Below, one piece after another: positions 49,486-61,989 of a stretch of DNA of 64,000 nucleotides. Origin of the DNA: Phoronis australis (lineage: Eukaryota > Animalia > Phoronida); contig NMRA01000160.1 in NCBI GenBank assembly GCA_002633005.1, forward strand, positions 331,640-395,639, read 5' to 3'. Below the pieces are notes generated by a model, which made no database searches, was not told the origin of the DNA, and saw nothing but the letters and a program-made list of their open reading frames with translations. Position 1 is the stretch's first letter. The number at the start of each line of letters is the position of its first letter. Both the position numbers and the translations under genes were made by a program.

Positions 49486-52293
49486 TTATACCTCACGCCT
49501 CATTATAAACCGCTTAATATGATAACCAACAGCCAGAATGAGCCCAACGGAGGAAACTACAAAACCAGTTGCGCAGACGATTAGTGCAATTTCAACTCCT
49601 TTGGCAAAGCTTTCTGCCTTTTTATTAACCGATTGAGGACATTTTCCAAAATTGAAAACGACATGGCCCACCATATTCTTTGCCGCACACGAATACTCGT
49701 TAACGCAACGTAGTTGCATATCACGTGCTCTGACTTTGACTTTTCTCGAGCTATTTGTGTAGAAATATTGACTGGACTCATTTAGGATCAATGTTCTGGG
49801 CAAGTTTTGTATCTGAATTTTGGGTGCAGGGTCCCCTGAAAACACACACTCGACAGTAGCAACCTTGGAATCCGTTATTATTTCAAATCTGATCAAAACT
49901 GGTTTCTTACATGTCAGGTTGAAAGAAAAGAAATCACGCATTGTTACAGTGACGGGCGTGGAACAAATTGGACGGCTGCTTGGTGAAAACTTCAGCGAGC
50001 CGTTCAATAGAAGTTGCTGAAGAGGACGCAGTAGACAATTACAGTGGAGAGGGTTTCCTTCAAACAAAAACTGGGTATTCATTGATTTCGTGCCGGCCAC
50101 TTTCCGGAAACTGGCTATCGAGAAAGATCGCAGTTTGTTGTGTGATATATCTATTAGGCTCGCGTGCGGTAAAACGTTTTCTTCTATATGTTCAATTCTA
50201 TTATGGGCAAGTAGAATTGAATGAATGTGCTTAAAGTTGCCAAGCAGGTTGGACTGGAGAGTTACTAATCGGTTGTTTGTAAGCGACAAATGCCAGAGAT
50301 TCGCGAGATTATTGAACGCACCGGGTTCTATTTGTGTAATCCCATTGTTTTCCAGATTGAGGTAGCGAAGTGAACGTGGTGCTTTTTTAAACATTGTTAC
50401 GGAAACGTTTTGTAGTCGATTGCCATACAAGTCTAAATTCTCCAAGCTAAGTAACCTTTGAAAACCATCATCACCAACATGTTCGATCAAGTTTGACGAA
50501 AACTTGGCTATTCTAATAGACCTAGAGGCCAGTATAGTTTGGTCTAGAATTCTTAGATTATTATGACTTAAAATCAGTGTTGTAAGGTTAGGAAGAGCAT
50601 CCAGTGTACCAGGCTCGATCAGATGTATGTTGTTGTAGGAAAGGTCGATTCTGTCTAGGTTTTTAAGTCCAAACAACATCGTTGCAGAAACGATAGTTAG
50701 TTTGTTTGAATTTAGATTGAGAGATGACGTTCTAGTTTGGTAAGAAAACGCGTAACTTTCTATCCACCGAAGCTTCATCTTTAAGCTAATGTCCAGACTT
50801 TGAATATTTTGAAGAAATGCGTGACCAATAGTTACGTCTTTTTTTCCATCGTGGTTGATTCGAATAATCGGTCCTAAAATTGGCCTAATAAATGTGCTGT
50901 TTTCATTCACTGTTCGAAGAAAGATATTCAGGGACATGCGCACATTTATGGAGGGGAGATCCTCAGACCTTGTCACCTCTATACTTAAAGTATTCAAATG
51001 TTGACTTGAAAATACATCGTGAGGGAATATAGTCAAGGGATTGCCATGAACAAACAATGATTTTAAGCTTCTTGGAAAGTAGAACATTGTTCTAATGTTG
51101 TTATTATCAATCCGTAGAACCTGGAGGTTTTTGGTTTCTTGAAAAGTGTTTGGTTCCACGTATGATATGTCATTATAGCTGACATCTAACTCGATTAAAG
51201 TCAATAGTCCTCTTAATATGCCTCCATTCAAGGACGTCAAGTTATTGTCCACAAGAAAAAGACCTTTTAGAGATCCAAGATTTTCAAACACCCCTTCTGG
51301 TAATTCGGAAATGCTGCTTGAGTACAAGAACAATTCTTCAATTTGACGGACATCAGCGAATGTTGATTTTGACAACGAGTATAAAAAATTATTTTCGACG
51401 CGTAAAATGATCAACATAGGTGCAGATTTTAAGGCAGAATCATGTATTTTCGTCATGCTATTTCCTTCAAGACTGAGTAGTTTTAAAACACCAAGACCCA
51501 CCAAACTGTCTTCTTCTAATTCATCTAGCTGATTCCGATTCAGAAGAAGAATATCTAGTGAAAAGCAGCTCAGGAATGGTGACCCTTGGAGAGACAGTAT
51601 CTTGTTTGCAGTCAGATCTAGTCCACGGAGATTTGGTAAATCGCGACAGACGTCAGGCAGAATTGAATTTAAAACATTGTGAGATAGATCCAGCTCAGCA
51701 AGATTCTCCAAATTCTCGAAAGCACCATGTTCGATGTAAGACACGTTATTATGAGCTAGCGTTAAGCTACCGAGCTCCCTTAACCCTTTAAATTGTCCAG
51801 TACGTAGTCTTTTTAACTTGTTTTTCCCTAAATTAAGGTAATTTAGAGACGGCATTGGAGAAAACACACGATCAGGAATGAAGCTTACTTTGTTGTAGCT
51901 GAGATCCAGACTGAGTAGAGAAACAAGTCCTTCGAACGATCTTTCTGAGATGTGGGAGATGTTGTTTGTGTCCAGTCGGAGAAAAATCAGGTTGATTAAC
52001 TGGTCGAAAGATTCATCGGCAAGGGATGATAAGTTGTTTTTTGAAATAGTTAGGCTTGTCACGTAGTCTCGAACAGGTGAGAACGCATTTGCCTCAATTT
52101 CTTGAATTCCACAGTCGTTTAAAACGATGAAACGTGCACCCCAATACTGTTCCATAAACGTTTTGGTCAATACGGAAATAGGTTCCTCACATTCTGAAGA
52201 AGAAATGCTCCTCACTCGCCCTCCCATCCAGCTCAAAATCAGAAGCAAAGTAATTAATTGCATTATTAGAGGCCGACAATACATGCAATCCAT
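49486..52293 (-). CDS. Intronless LRR + LRRCT + Ig + TM receptor, paralog B
   Basis: 935-aa ORF colinear with paralog A, same architecture. The true start may be the downstream MQLIT ATG (52263). Confidence 0.92.
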   Translation of the reverse strand: MDCMYCRPLIMQLITLLLILSWMGGRVRSISSSECEEPISVLTKTFMEQYWGARFIVLNDCGIQEIEANAFSPVRDYVTSLTISKNNLSSLADESFDQLINLIFLRLDTNNISHISERSFEGLVSLLSLDLSYNKVSFIPDRVFSPMPSLNYLNLGKNKLKRLRTGQFKGLRELGSLTLAHNNVSYIEHGAFENLENLAELDLSHNVLNSILPDVCRDLPNLRGLDLTANKILSLQGSPFLSCFSLDILLLNRNQLDELEEDSLVGLGVLKLLSLEGNSMTKIHDSALKSAPMLIILRVENNFLYSLSKSTFADVRQIEELFLYSSSISELPEGVFENLGSLKGLFLVDNNLTSLNGGILRGLLTLIELDVSYNDISYVEPNTFQETKNLQVLRIDNNNIRTMFYFPRSLKSLFVHGNPLTIFPHDVFSSQHLNTLSIEVTRSEDLPSINVRMSLNIFLRTVNENSTFIRPILGPIIRINHDGKKDVTIGHAFLQNIQSLDISLKMKLRWIESYAFSYQTRTSSLNLNSNKLTIVSATMLFGLKNLDRIDLSYNNIHLIEPGTLDALPNLTTLILSHNNLRILDQTILASRSIRIAKFSSNLIEHVGDDGFQRLLSLENLDLYGNRLQNVSVTMFKKAPRSLRYLNLENNGITQIEPGAFNNLANLWHLSLTNNRLVTLQSNLLGNFKHIHSILLAHNRIEHIEENVLPHASLIDISHNKLRSFSIASFRKVAGTKSMNTQFLFEGNPLHCNCLLRPLQQLLLNGSLKFSPSSRPICSTPVTVTMRDFFSFNLTCKKPVLIRFEIITDSKVATVECVFSGDPAPKIQIQNLPRTLILNESSQYFYTNSSRKVKVRARDMQLRCVNEYSCAAKNMVGHVVFNFGKCPQSVNKKAESFAKGVEIALIVCATGFVVSSVGLILAVGYHIKRFIMRREV

Positions 52294-52623
52294 GCAATGC
52301 TACCGTGTGACAGAATCAAAGTTATTGATTGCCGTTATATAGCTTTGCCGACTCAGTGCAACAAATAATATGGACTCGTATATGCTACGATTACACCACG
52401 ATGTCTGGTGACATCATCTAAACCTGAAGCTATTGGATAGCGTTATGTGCACGAGACAGTCCTAGCTGCCTGACATACCGGTAATCTTTTCTGTAAATTA
52501 ACCAAAAGTCATATAGTGGCATGCGTCGATTTCCACTATATTTGACCTACAAGAAAGTACTTGATGAGAAGTATAATTTAGAGAAACCCGAATGAAACCG
52601 TGAAACCGAATATTTCATTTTAA

Positions 52624-55600
52624 GTACTAGTCCACGGGAGCACCAGCCATCCAGCGGCAAGGTGGGGGTCAGCCGATTTTCACCAAATTTGGCACATAAG
52701 TAGTCCTATGGTATCTATAAACATCGGTAAAATATTTCCTCAAAATATTGCGTTTTTCTAAAGTTATAGTCTCAAACACATTTTACGGCTTCGCAGCCAT
52801 GTTTTCACGGTATAAAAACTGTCCAGTTTTAACTGTTTATATTTTTCCTTGAATGAATGCTATTGATTTATTATTGACTTGGCATTGTTTAGTGGTGCCT
52901 ATAGATTGTTACACAGATGCCTTGAAACAAGATTCCGATTTACCACCCTCATTTAGTAGTTTTACTAAAATCAGCCCCCCGTCATGCCATTTTGAGGTTG
53001 TGCTCAGTACACTGCTGTACCAAATCTGCCCCCACTGCTATGAGAATGAAACTTAGCCAAAATGTTGAAAAAACGTGTTACTTTCATTGCATAAAATAAA
53101 AACTTTGTCAGCCAGTTTATTAGTTATACATTTTGGCACCTCAAATGTACTAAAATGAGAAATTTTCATATATCTGAGATCGATGCGTGAGCACCGTAAA
53201 ATCCGATTGTCCTTCATGTTTTTCGATATTTTGCAACAAGTTAGTTCCTCCTGAATGTTTTGAACGTTTTACTACTTACCACTTAGGGCTATAGTACCCC
53301 TAAATACCATACATAGCTCCATTTTGTAAAAAGCCGATTATGTCCTCCACAGTGAACAGGGTTAGACATGAACTCGACAAATGTAGGTTATTTTGATTTA
53401 CAGTTGTTATACCTTGCAATTTCTTCATGGGTATTTCTTCACACGTATTCAAGTCAGATTTTCTGTTGATCAAGTGTTCATGCAATGCATTTTAATATCA
53501 AATGAATGATAAGTTTGGTGGCATGACCGCAATTTTTCCCACGACTTAAAACAAAAGACCGCAGAAATTTTCCTGACGAAATACCGGGTTTGCAAGTCTC
53601 TAAAAACATTCGAATGACAAGACAAACTCCGCCACTGTCTGTGGCAACTCGTCGCATGTTTTTCGCCCATCGGTCCTATCATGGTTTTCCTTTGTTGTGT
53701 CATTGTTGGATATAACAACACAGGTCGCATGGATTTAGAACCTTGCGTACATCAGACCGTTGCCGATAAGTGCTCGTCATTATATCTTTATTATAACAAC
53801 GGGAACATTGAAGATGCTAACCTATTGTTTTCTATGCGACCAGATTTGAAGTGGATGACCACAGAAGAGGAATCCCAAAGTATCCATAAACAATGACCAC
53901 GCACGTTAGTAACTATTACCGCGCACACGAATCCTTTCCGTGGAACCTAAACCAAATTTTTATATCCGTGTATTGTGTTGTATTGCTCATGGTACGGGTT
54001 CAGACTCCGTTGTATTAAGATTCCACTCCCAAACCCTGTAATATGTAGTTTGAATAAAATTTGTAGACAATGCAGGTTTATGGATTTATTTTCCTTTAAA
54101 TGAAGAGTAAAAATCAAATTTTGCACAGGTTTTTTAAAAGTAATCACTTATTGGAAGATCACACATCTAAAAAATAAAACAATGTTTGACAATTTTATTC
54201 ATTACCTTATTTGAAAATTGCCTGCCTCACAGACAACTCATCTAAGTTGAAAATATTCCTTGTGAAAAAAAAAAATAAAATACCAACCACAGACTTGTGT
54301 ACTACAAAATATGTTTTCGTAATACAATGCAAAGATAACTGTGCAGTCAAAAGTGCAACTGTTATGACTCTAATAAAAAATTGCCTTCTAGATCTTTTCA
54401 ACACTCCAATTGCTACAGGACAAAGTCAACCACACAAAGCTCATTAAGTCAGGGAATTACATTTAAGGTGATGTAGTCTCACTGCGAAAAAGTGATTTCG
54501 CAATGTCGCTGACAACACTGGAAATCTCTTCTTCACAAAATTGAGGTAGCTGTATTTACCACATCAATGTTCTTATCAAAACTAACCACCACAAAATGAA
54601 AAATTGGCTTGTCGGTTCCAATTAGGCAGCATTTTACGATAAAATGGTCATGAAAAAAAACTTTTGCAACATGGTTTGCATTACAATAGCCCTACGATTA
54701 CAGTTGTACATACATACTAGACCAGTAACAAAATTACCCATGGGAACCATAAAATGGTCAATTCGCCAAAAAAACAAGAGCCACCAGAGCTAATGTGCCA
54801 ATACTTTTCACGTACTGCAACAGAAAATCATTTGAAGTGGACATAAACTCGCCTAAAATCAACTAAAACAACTTTTGATTTAGACATTTTACCATCATGA
54901 AATAGGTATTACTTCCAGGTCACTTTTGAGCAATTTCAGAGCTTTGAAAGATCTGGCAATATGCAATTGCTAAAGACCAGCCTAATAGTGTGTGATTTTA
55001 TACACACAGCATGGTCTCAAGGAATAGCAAACTGTCAATTCGCTACAATTCCAGAAATCACTTCACATATGGATAAGGAACAAACTGAGCAAAGTTTATA
55101 GAGGTAAATGGTCTAAATCAAAACTTATTACCTCATGGACAGAAGGTTTACAACCCAGGCAGAAAGATAACTAAAAAAAAACAGCCTAACTGCAACAGGG
55201 GCTCAAATTTCAGCAATATACATTTACAAACAAAAATCTATAATGGTAAATAAAATGCGGAAACATAAATTCATATCAATTACGCATCTTCAAGGAAAAG
55301 TACAGTGGTCAGAAATCATATAAATATGATGGCCACACTGAGAAATCCTGTCAGACCAAAAAATCCAGTGGCTAAACAAAATGAACAATGTACCATTACC
55401 ATGTGGCCAAGGATCATGATCAGTGCCTGGACAAAAATTCAGTCTAGGTAAATTTTAGATTTGTGCTGTTCACACAAGCAGTTCTGGTGCAAACAAAGCT
55501 TGCGACAACACACAAGCCTACTTTTCTACACAGCTGTGCTGACACAATAATGCCCCCAATGGATTTAGCAGATCAGCCAGAGTATTTACAGGTCCAGCCA

Positions 55601-57615
55601 CTGTACTGTTTCCTCCCTTTGAATTTTTACAATGCTACATCCTTGACAATCGCAGATTGCCTATTTCAATGCATACTCCACTTCCTCTGTCCCAGTTTCC
55701 CCACATTTGCTGAGAGTGGCCTATCTCAACAAATTACTTTGGACCTGTTGTGGTATAAGCCAGTTAATCTTTGGCAAATACTTTTTCCCCGACTCGTTCC
55801 TCAACCTACAAATTATCTTTGAAATATCTTCTGGGAGTAGACTTTTCGGCCTCTCTCTAGCCCCCTCACCTTAGTTGTCCAGAAAGGTACCTTGTTGCTG
55901 GTTGTGAACTTTTCCATACCCAACCTTTACCAATAATCGGCAGGTCTCCAACTTCAGCAGAAGCCACTTCTTCAACATAAGCCTTTCCTGGTTCCTAAAA
56001 TTGTATTAATGAAAAAATTAAACATATTAAATTCAATGTGGCCATTTCGGTTCAGAAAATATGAATGCCAAGCTAAAGTGAAGAGGCACCAATATTTTTG
56101 ACGGCTTTAGCATGTTTAATTAACTTCATAATCGCAGAATTTCATTGGCAGACATAACATACTCCCTACTCTCTACAAGTAGTTCATGGGCAGAAGTCAT
56201 GTTCCACATTTGGTGGTTGTTATGAAAAGTTATGATGACTACCTAGTTTCTGTGCCAATGTACAGTAGTTGCATAAACATCAACACATTTGAATAAGATA
56301 TGATTAAGCAATAAGGCCCAAGTTATAAGCAATCAGGGTGTGTCAATAAAAGTATTTTTGCGTGAATGACGTGCTTCTAAATATTCCTCGGAGTCAGACC
56401 CTGGAGTTTAGTGATTCCTACCTGAGCTCACATGAAGCAGAACGTTGAACCTTGACTTAACGTCTTTGGTCATTTTTCAGACCTCTTATCAGATTTCTCC
56501 TCTAGTGTGCAGTGGATGTACTCAGTGTCTTTGGCGACGCCAATATATCTCGAGTGTTGTAACGATGTTTAGGGCAAGTGAATCTAATACGGTATCCTGC
56601 TGCACAGCTGCCTCCGAGGCAGACACTGAGACAGACTACTTCTCAGGAGGACACGTTCCACCTCCACATTAGCTCCACTTACACTTATAAGGTGCTCAAA
56701 TGTCTCGCTCTTTTCCTTATGCATTTCCCAAGAGTTTCCAAAGTTGTTTCTCTCCGCAATTTGTAGAAATACCACATTCGATGCGACTGGCAGTGCCAGA
56801 TAAATAGATAAATTCGCAAACCCGCATTTTAGGTCAGCCATCATTCAACTAACGCATTGTAAGCTTTAGTTTGGTATTCAGACGAGTTGGATGAACAAAT
56901 TTAGTATAATTTCATATTTTAGTGGGAAATGCTTGTGTGCTTAAAATTAATTAAAAACATTAAAGCAAACCATTTTTTTTAATTCTTGTATTACACCACG
57001 GCATATTGATGCGTAGAAACGGCGCACAACTAGTGACTGGTTTAACATGACAAATACATATACGCGGTCTGAAATTAGTGAAATTCAGACACCTATTACC
57101 AAGCCTGCCTGAAGGGCTGACAAAGTTTTTATTGTATTAATTTCAAGGGCACGGAGTCTTCTACATGTCCATGTTATTATTTTTAGTTTTCTCGCGGGGG
57201 CAGCTTCGCTATAAGGGTACAACTTACTGCTGGTTTTTCACAAGAAGGAAATGTACCTCCACGGAAACAGTTCCAGTGTTACCATGGTAACCGATATTTC
57301 AGTGTCGGTGCCGTTTTTACTGACATTGGTCATGAACCTATCATGTGATATCAAAATTGTTCAGAAACAATTCTGTTTGAAGTAGAAACTGGAGTAGAAA
57401 ATTTGACTCATTCCACATCAAGAAATTGCCTCATTTTGCCCCCCCAGAACACTTCCCTTGTATCTCCTAAACCACCAAACTTTGAGGTGTCATACTTCAC
57501 CCAATTTCTCTCATCCGTAATGTGATTTATCAGACTAAACATGGATCTGAATGGCTGACCCCCCACCTTGCCGCTTGTTGGCTGTACAGTGGTCGGTGGA
57601 TTCGTGGACTGATAC
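52624..57615 (-). mobile_element. TTAA-flanked DNA transposon, internally deleted, Sola3-like, copy 1
   Basis: TTAA on both sides; imperfect TIR GTA(CT/TC)AGTCCACG..GCGGCAAGGTGGGGG; empty TTAA site in paralog A (about 44863). Minus-strand remnants CGFANL..TCPKHRY..IYWRR..HPLH (about 56840-56420) and GWVWK..ERGRK..RNESG..WLIPQQVQS (about 55930-55730) resemble Sola3 transposase N and C termini as recalled. Confidence 0.7.
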
Positions 57616-58020
57616 TTAAGTAAACACGCTTTTGCAAATTCAAAGACACCAAATGCAAAGTAAAAAGAAAATACCTCTGTTTTAATAACAATTGTGTAAT
57701 TATCCATATTCATATTTTTTTTTCATTGAGCACAATCTCATTTGTATGAAAGAGGTCCGCCACTCATCTGAGCCACGAGAATTCTACAGGCAGTAGCCAT
57801 AACTGTGGTTTGCATTAACGGACCGTTCTCCACCAACGAGAGAGGTAGTTGTGTCAACCCCAGGTGCCAGTGGTTTTGGTGACCTTGACGTCATTTTCAA
57901 GATCACATCTAGAAAATGAAGTTTTGTCGTTGTTCACATTATGTAGTTTTTGTCAATATTGTGTTTAACACTGCCCGGTGTATATAGCTACAATTATTTC
58001 AATTTCAAATAGAAATTTTT

Positions 58021-58314
58021 GAGAGCGCCTACCAGTGGTTCTACATCTACCGTAACAGATTTTCCTGAAACTTAGGTACGCACTAAGTCACCTTTTATTT
58101 TTCTGAAACGAGTCTCATTTTTGTCTCATGCTGATCTTGCAAAATGGATTTTTGGACACTTATTTCAATAAAAAGCTGCCAACTTTTCACCTCTATTAAG
58201 ACTTCTTAAAAGTTAGGAATAACTATGTTTTTTCTGCGAATGTATCTGAGCTTAGGATCGCGTTTCATATTTAAAATATAGACATTTTAGTATTAAAGTA
58301 CTGGTAGGACACTG
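58021..58314. mobile_element. Degenerate MITE
   Basis: Inverted ends cctaccagt / actggtagg; no clear TSD. Confidence 0.35.
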
Positions 58315-58779
58315 TTGGCATCTTCAGAATCAGTTATTCTGTTCTTAAGAATCCTCGTTGTCATACCAGAGACAGCAGAAAGGGAAACAAATCTCTTAGC
58401 GAAATCCCATTGGACGGCCACTGGCGGACATTGTTGTTTCATGGACCGCACGGACGTTTAGCGGGCGCGGGTGCAATAAACAAATATAACAACATATGAC
58501 GGCTCCGATCGGTAAAAAATCAACGGTGTTTTTTGCACTGCCTACAGCTTCAGCAACAGTTAATCGAAAATTACATAATTTTTTCGTCATAATAGGTTTA
58601 AAAACGGACAATCGCCGCACAAATAAAAAAGTTCATCTTGATTCGACGTTTCGTCTATTCATTAGACATCAACAGCTTATAAAGATCAAAACAACAAGTG
58701 TCGACCTACCAGTCAGGTTACATCCATGTGGTGATATGAGTGTAGCAAGAAATACAGGGAATAGTAGATAGGTCATTAC

Positions 58780-59302
58780 TGTAGAAAATTAATTTCAGTC
58801 TCTCGGGTTGGACCTGAACCCCAGTAGCACGAGCGACAGTCTAGCGTCTAAACCATTCGGCCAAGAGGCAATTGCCACTTGGCAAGCGGCTTAGAGAGGG
58901 TTTATCTGACTACATGTCGTCACAACCGCAAGTCACGCTTCACAACACTACTCCCCCTTCAGCCGAACAGGCGCGCTCCCTGGCTTTTAGATCTCAGCAA
59001 TACCCTAGCGTCGTGGAATTTGACCTCAGCAATGCTCTCTTTGTGTTCTGAATCCACCAGTACCAGGTCGCCCACTCTCCATCCGCGGCCTTACATCTTA
59101 GGGTTAATCGTGGATTTTCCCTTAGTTGGGCGCCAATGTAGAAAATTTCAGTATTTCCGGTGAGACTTGAACCGCGGTAGCACGAGCGACGGTCAAGCGT
59201 CTAAGCCATTCTGTCAAGAGGCAATGGCCACTTGGCAAGCGGCTTAGAGAGGCTTTATCTGACTGTACGTGTCGTCACAACCGGAAGTCACGCTTCACAA
59301 CA
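58780..59302 (-). mobile_element. TRIM (mini LTR retrotransposon) with tRNA-derived LTRs
   Basis: Two TG..CA LTRs (58780-58947 and 59137-59302); PBS TGGCGCCCAAC (59135-59125); PPT GAAGGGGGAGTAG (58960-58948); 189-bp noncoding interior; A and B boxes within the LTRs; flanks ttac/tcac. Confidence 0.85.
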
Positions 59303-59388
59303 TCACCAAAGCTGTAGGGTCACTGAGCTCTGCATGTTATTCAGAGAACCAGCAGCATACTGGTCCTGAATGGCCAATGATTATTTAA

Positions 59389-61628
59389 GTATCAGTCCAC
59401 GGATCCACCGACCACTGTACAGCCAACAGGCGGCAAGGTGGGGGGTCAGCCATTCAGATCCATGTTTAGTCTGATGAATCACATTAGGGATGAGAGAAAT
59501 TGGGTGAAGTATGACACCACAAAGTTTGGTGGTTTAGGAGATACAAGGGAAGTGTTCTTGGGGGCCAAAATGAGGCAATTTCTTGGTGTGGAATGAGTCA
59601 TTTTTGACCAAATTTTCTATTCCAGTTTCTACTTCAAACAGAATCGTTTCTGAACAATTTTGATATCACATGATAGGTTCATGACCAATGTCAGTAAAAA
59701 CGGCACCGACACTGCAATATCGGTTACCATGGTAACACTGGAACTGTTTCCGTGGAGGTACATTTCCTTCTTGTGAAAAACCAGCAGTAAGTTGTACCCT
59801 TATAGCGAAGCTGCCCCCGCGAGAAAACTAAAAATAATAACATGGACATGTAGAAGACTCCATGCCCTTGAAATTAATACAATAAAAACTTTGTCAGCCC
59901 TTCAGGCAGGCTTGGTAATAGGTGTCTGAATTTCACTATTTTCAGACCGCGTATGTGTATTTGTCATGTTAAACCAGTCACTAGTTGTGCGCCGTTTCTA
60001 CGCATTAATATGCCGTGGTATAATACAACAATTAAAAGAATTGGTTTGCTTAAATGTTTTTAATTAATTNNNNNNNNNNNNNNNNNNNNNNNNNNNNNNN
60101 NNNNNNNNNNNNNNNNNNNNNNNNNNNNNNNNNNNNNNNNNNNNNNNNNNNNNNNNNNNNNNNNNNNNNNNNNNNNNNNNNNNNNNNNNNNNNNNNNNNN
60201 NNNNNNNNNNNNNNNNNNNNNNNNNNNNNNNNNNNNNNNNNNNNNNNNNNNNNNNNNNNNNNNNNNNNNNNNNNNNNNNNNNNNNNNNNNNNNNNNNNNN
60301 NNNNNNNNNNNNNNNNNNNNNNNNNNNNNNNNNNNNNNNNNNNNNNNNNNNNNNNNNNNNNNNNNNNNNNNNNNNNNNNNNNNNNNNNNNNNNNNNNNNN
60401 NNNNNNNNNNNNNNNNNNNNNNNNNNNNNNNNNNNNNNNNNNNNNNNNNNNNNNNNNNNNNNNNNNNNNNNNNNNNNNNNNNNNNNNNNNNNNNNNNNNN
60501 NNNNNNNNNNNNNNNNNNNNNNNNNNNNNNNNNNNNNNNNNNNNNNNNNNNNNNNNNNNNNNNNNNNNNNNNNNNNNNNNNNNNNNNNNNNNNNNNNNNN
60601 NNNNNNNNNNNNNNNNNNNNNNNNNNNNNNNNNNNNNNNNNNNNNNNNNNNNNNNNNNNNNNNNNNNNNNNNNNNNNNNNNNNNNNNNNNNNNNNNNNNN
60701 NNNNNNNNNNNNNNNNNNNNNNNNNNNNNNNNNNNNNNNNNNNNNNNNNNNNNNNNNNNNNNNNNNNNNNNNNNNNNNNNNNNNNNNNNNNNNNNNNNNN
60801 NNNNNNNNNNNNNNNNNNNNNNNNNNNNNNNNNNNNNNNNNNNNNNNNNNNNNNNNNNNNNNNNNNNNNNNNNNNNNNNNNNNNNNNNNNNNNNNNNNNN
60901 NNNNNNNNNNNNNNNNNNNNNNNNNNNNNNNNNNNNNNNNNNTGTATGGTATTTAGGGGTACTATAGCCCAAAGTGATAAGTAGTAAAACGTTCAAAACA
61001 TTCAGGAGGAACTAACTTGTTGCAAAATATCGAAAAATATGAAGGACAATCGGATTTTACGGTGCTCACGCATCGATCTCAGATATATGACAATTTCTCA
61101 TTTTAGTACATTTGAGGTGCCAAAATGTATAACTAATAAACTGGCTGACAAAGTTTTTATTTTATGCAATGAAAGTAACATGTTTTGTCAACATTTTGGC
61201 TAAGTTTCATTCTCATAACAGTGGGGGCAGATTTGGTACAGCAGTGTACTGAACACAACCTCAAAATGGCATAACGGGGGGCAGTGTAGTAAAACTACTA
61301 AATGAGGGTGATAAATCGGAATCTTGTTTCAAGACATCTGTGTAACAATCTATAGGCACCACTAAACAATGCCAAGTGAATAATAAATCAATAGCTTTCA
61401 TTCAAGGAAAAATATGAACAGTTAAAACTGGACAGTTTTTATACCGTGAAAACATGGCTGCGAAACCGTAAAATGTGTTTGACCTATAACTTTAGAAAAA
61501 CAAAATATTTTGAGGAAATATTTTACCGCTGTTTATAGATCCCATAGGACTACATATGTGCCAAATTTGGTGAAAATCGGCTGACCCCCACCTTGCCGCT
61601 CATGGTTGGTGCTCTCGTGGACTAGTAC
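59389..61628 (+). mobile_element. Second, inverted copy of the TTAA/Sola3-like element, with a gap inside
   Basis: TTAA on both sides. 59389-60069 is the reverse complement of about 56945-57615, and 60943-61628 of 52624-53313, with few differences. Confidence 0.85.
60070..60942. other. Assembly gap
   Basis: N run. Confidence 1.
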
Positions 61629-61659
61629 TTAATGTACAGTAATTCTTTTATACGTCCTT

Positions 61660-61985
61660 TACATACTGATAAAACTTACTGAATTGGCTTGGAGATTGTT
61701 GCTAACTCAATGCCTATAGACGTTGCTTTTGTCTGAGGTGTGATATTCTCTCCTTCTGTCACAGACGCGTCTGTGTGTGAGTCCTATGTAGAATTCTTTA
61801 CAGTTATCACATTCAACTTTATAAACAACATTGCTTTTATTTAATAAAGGAATAGGTGACTTCAGTTTACACAGCACATTGTTAAGTGTACGACGAGGTT
61901 TGAAAACAACTATCATCTTAACGGCTGGGTCAATGCAATGTAAAAGACGAGATAACTGGCGTTTCAGCTTCAGACTACTAGGCCC
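61660..61985 (-). mobile_element. Penelope-like element GIY-YIG endonuclease fragment
   Basis: KSPIPLLNKSNVVYKVECDNCKEFYIGLTHRRVCDRRREY..SNVYRH. Confidence 0.8.
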
Positions 61986-61989
61986 AAGA

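Larger units (their letters stand above)
45513..57965. repeat. Tandem segmental duplication unit B
   Basis: Paralogous to unit A, with an added solo LTR, a mini-MITE and a TTAA element. Confidence 0.85.
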
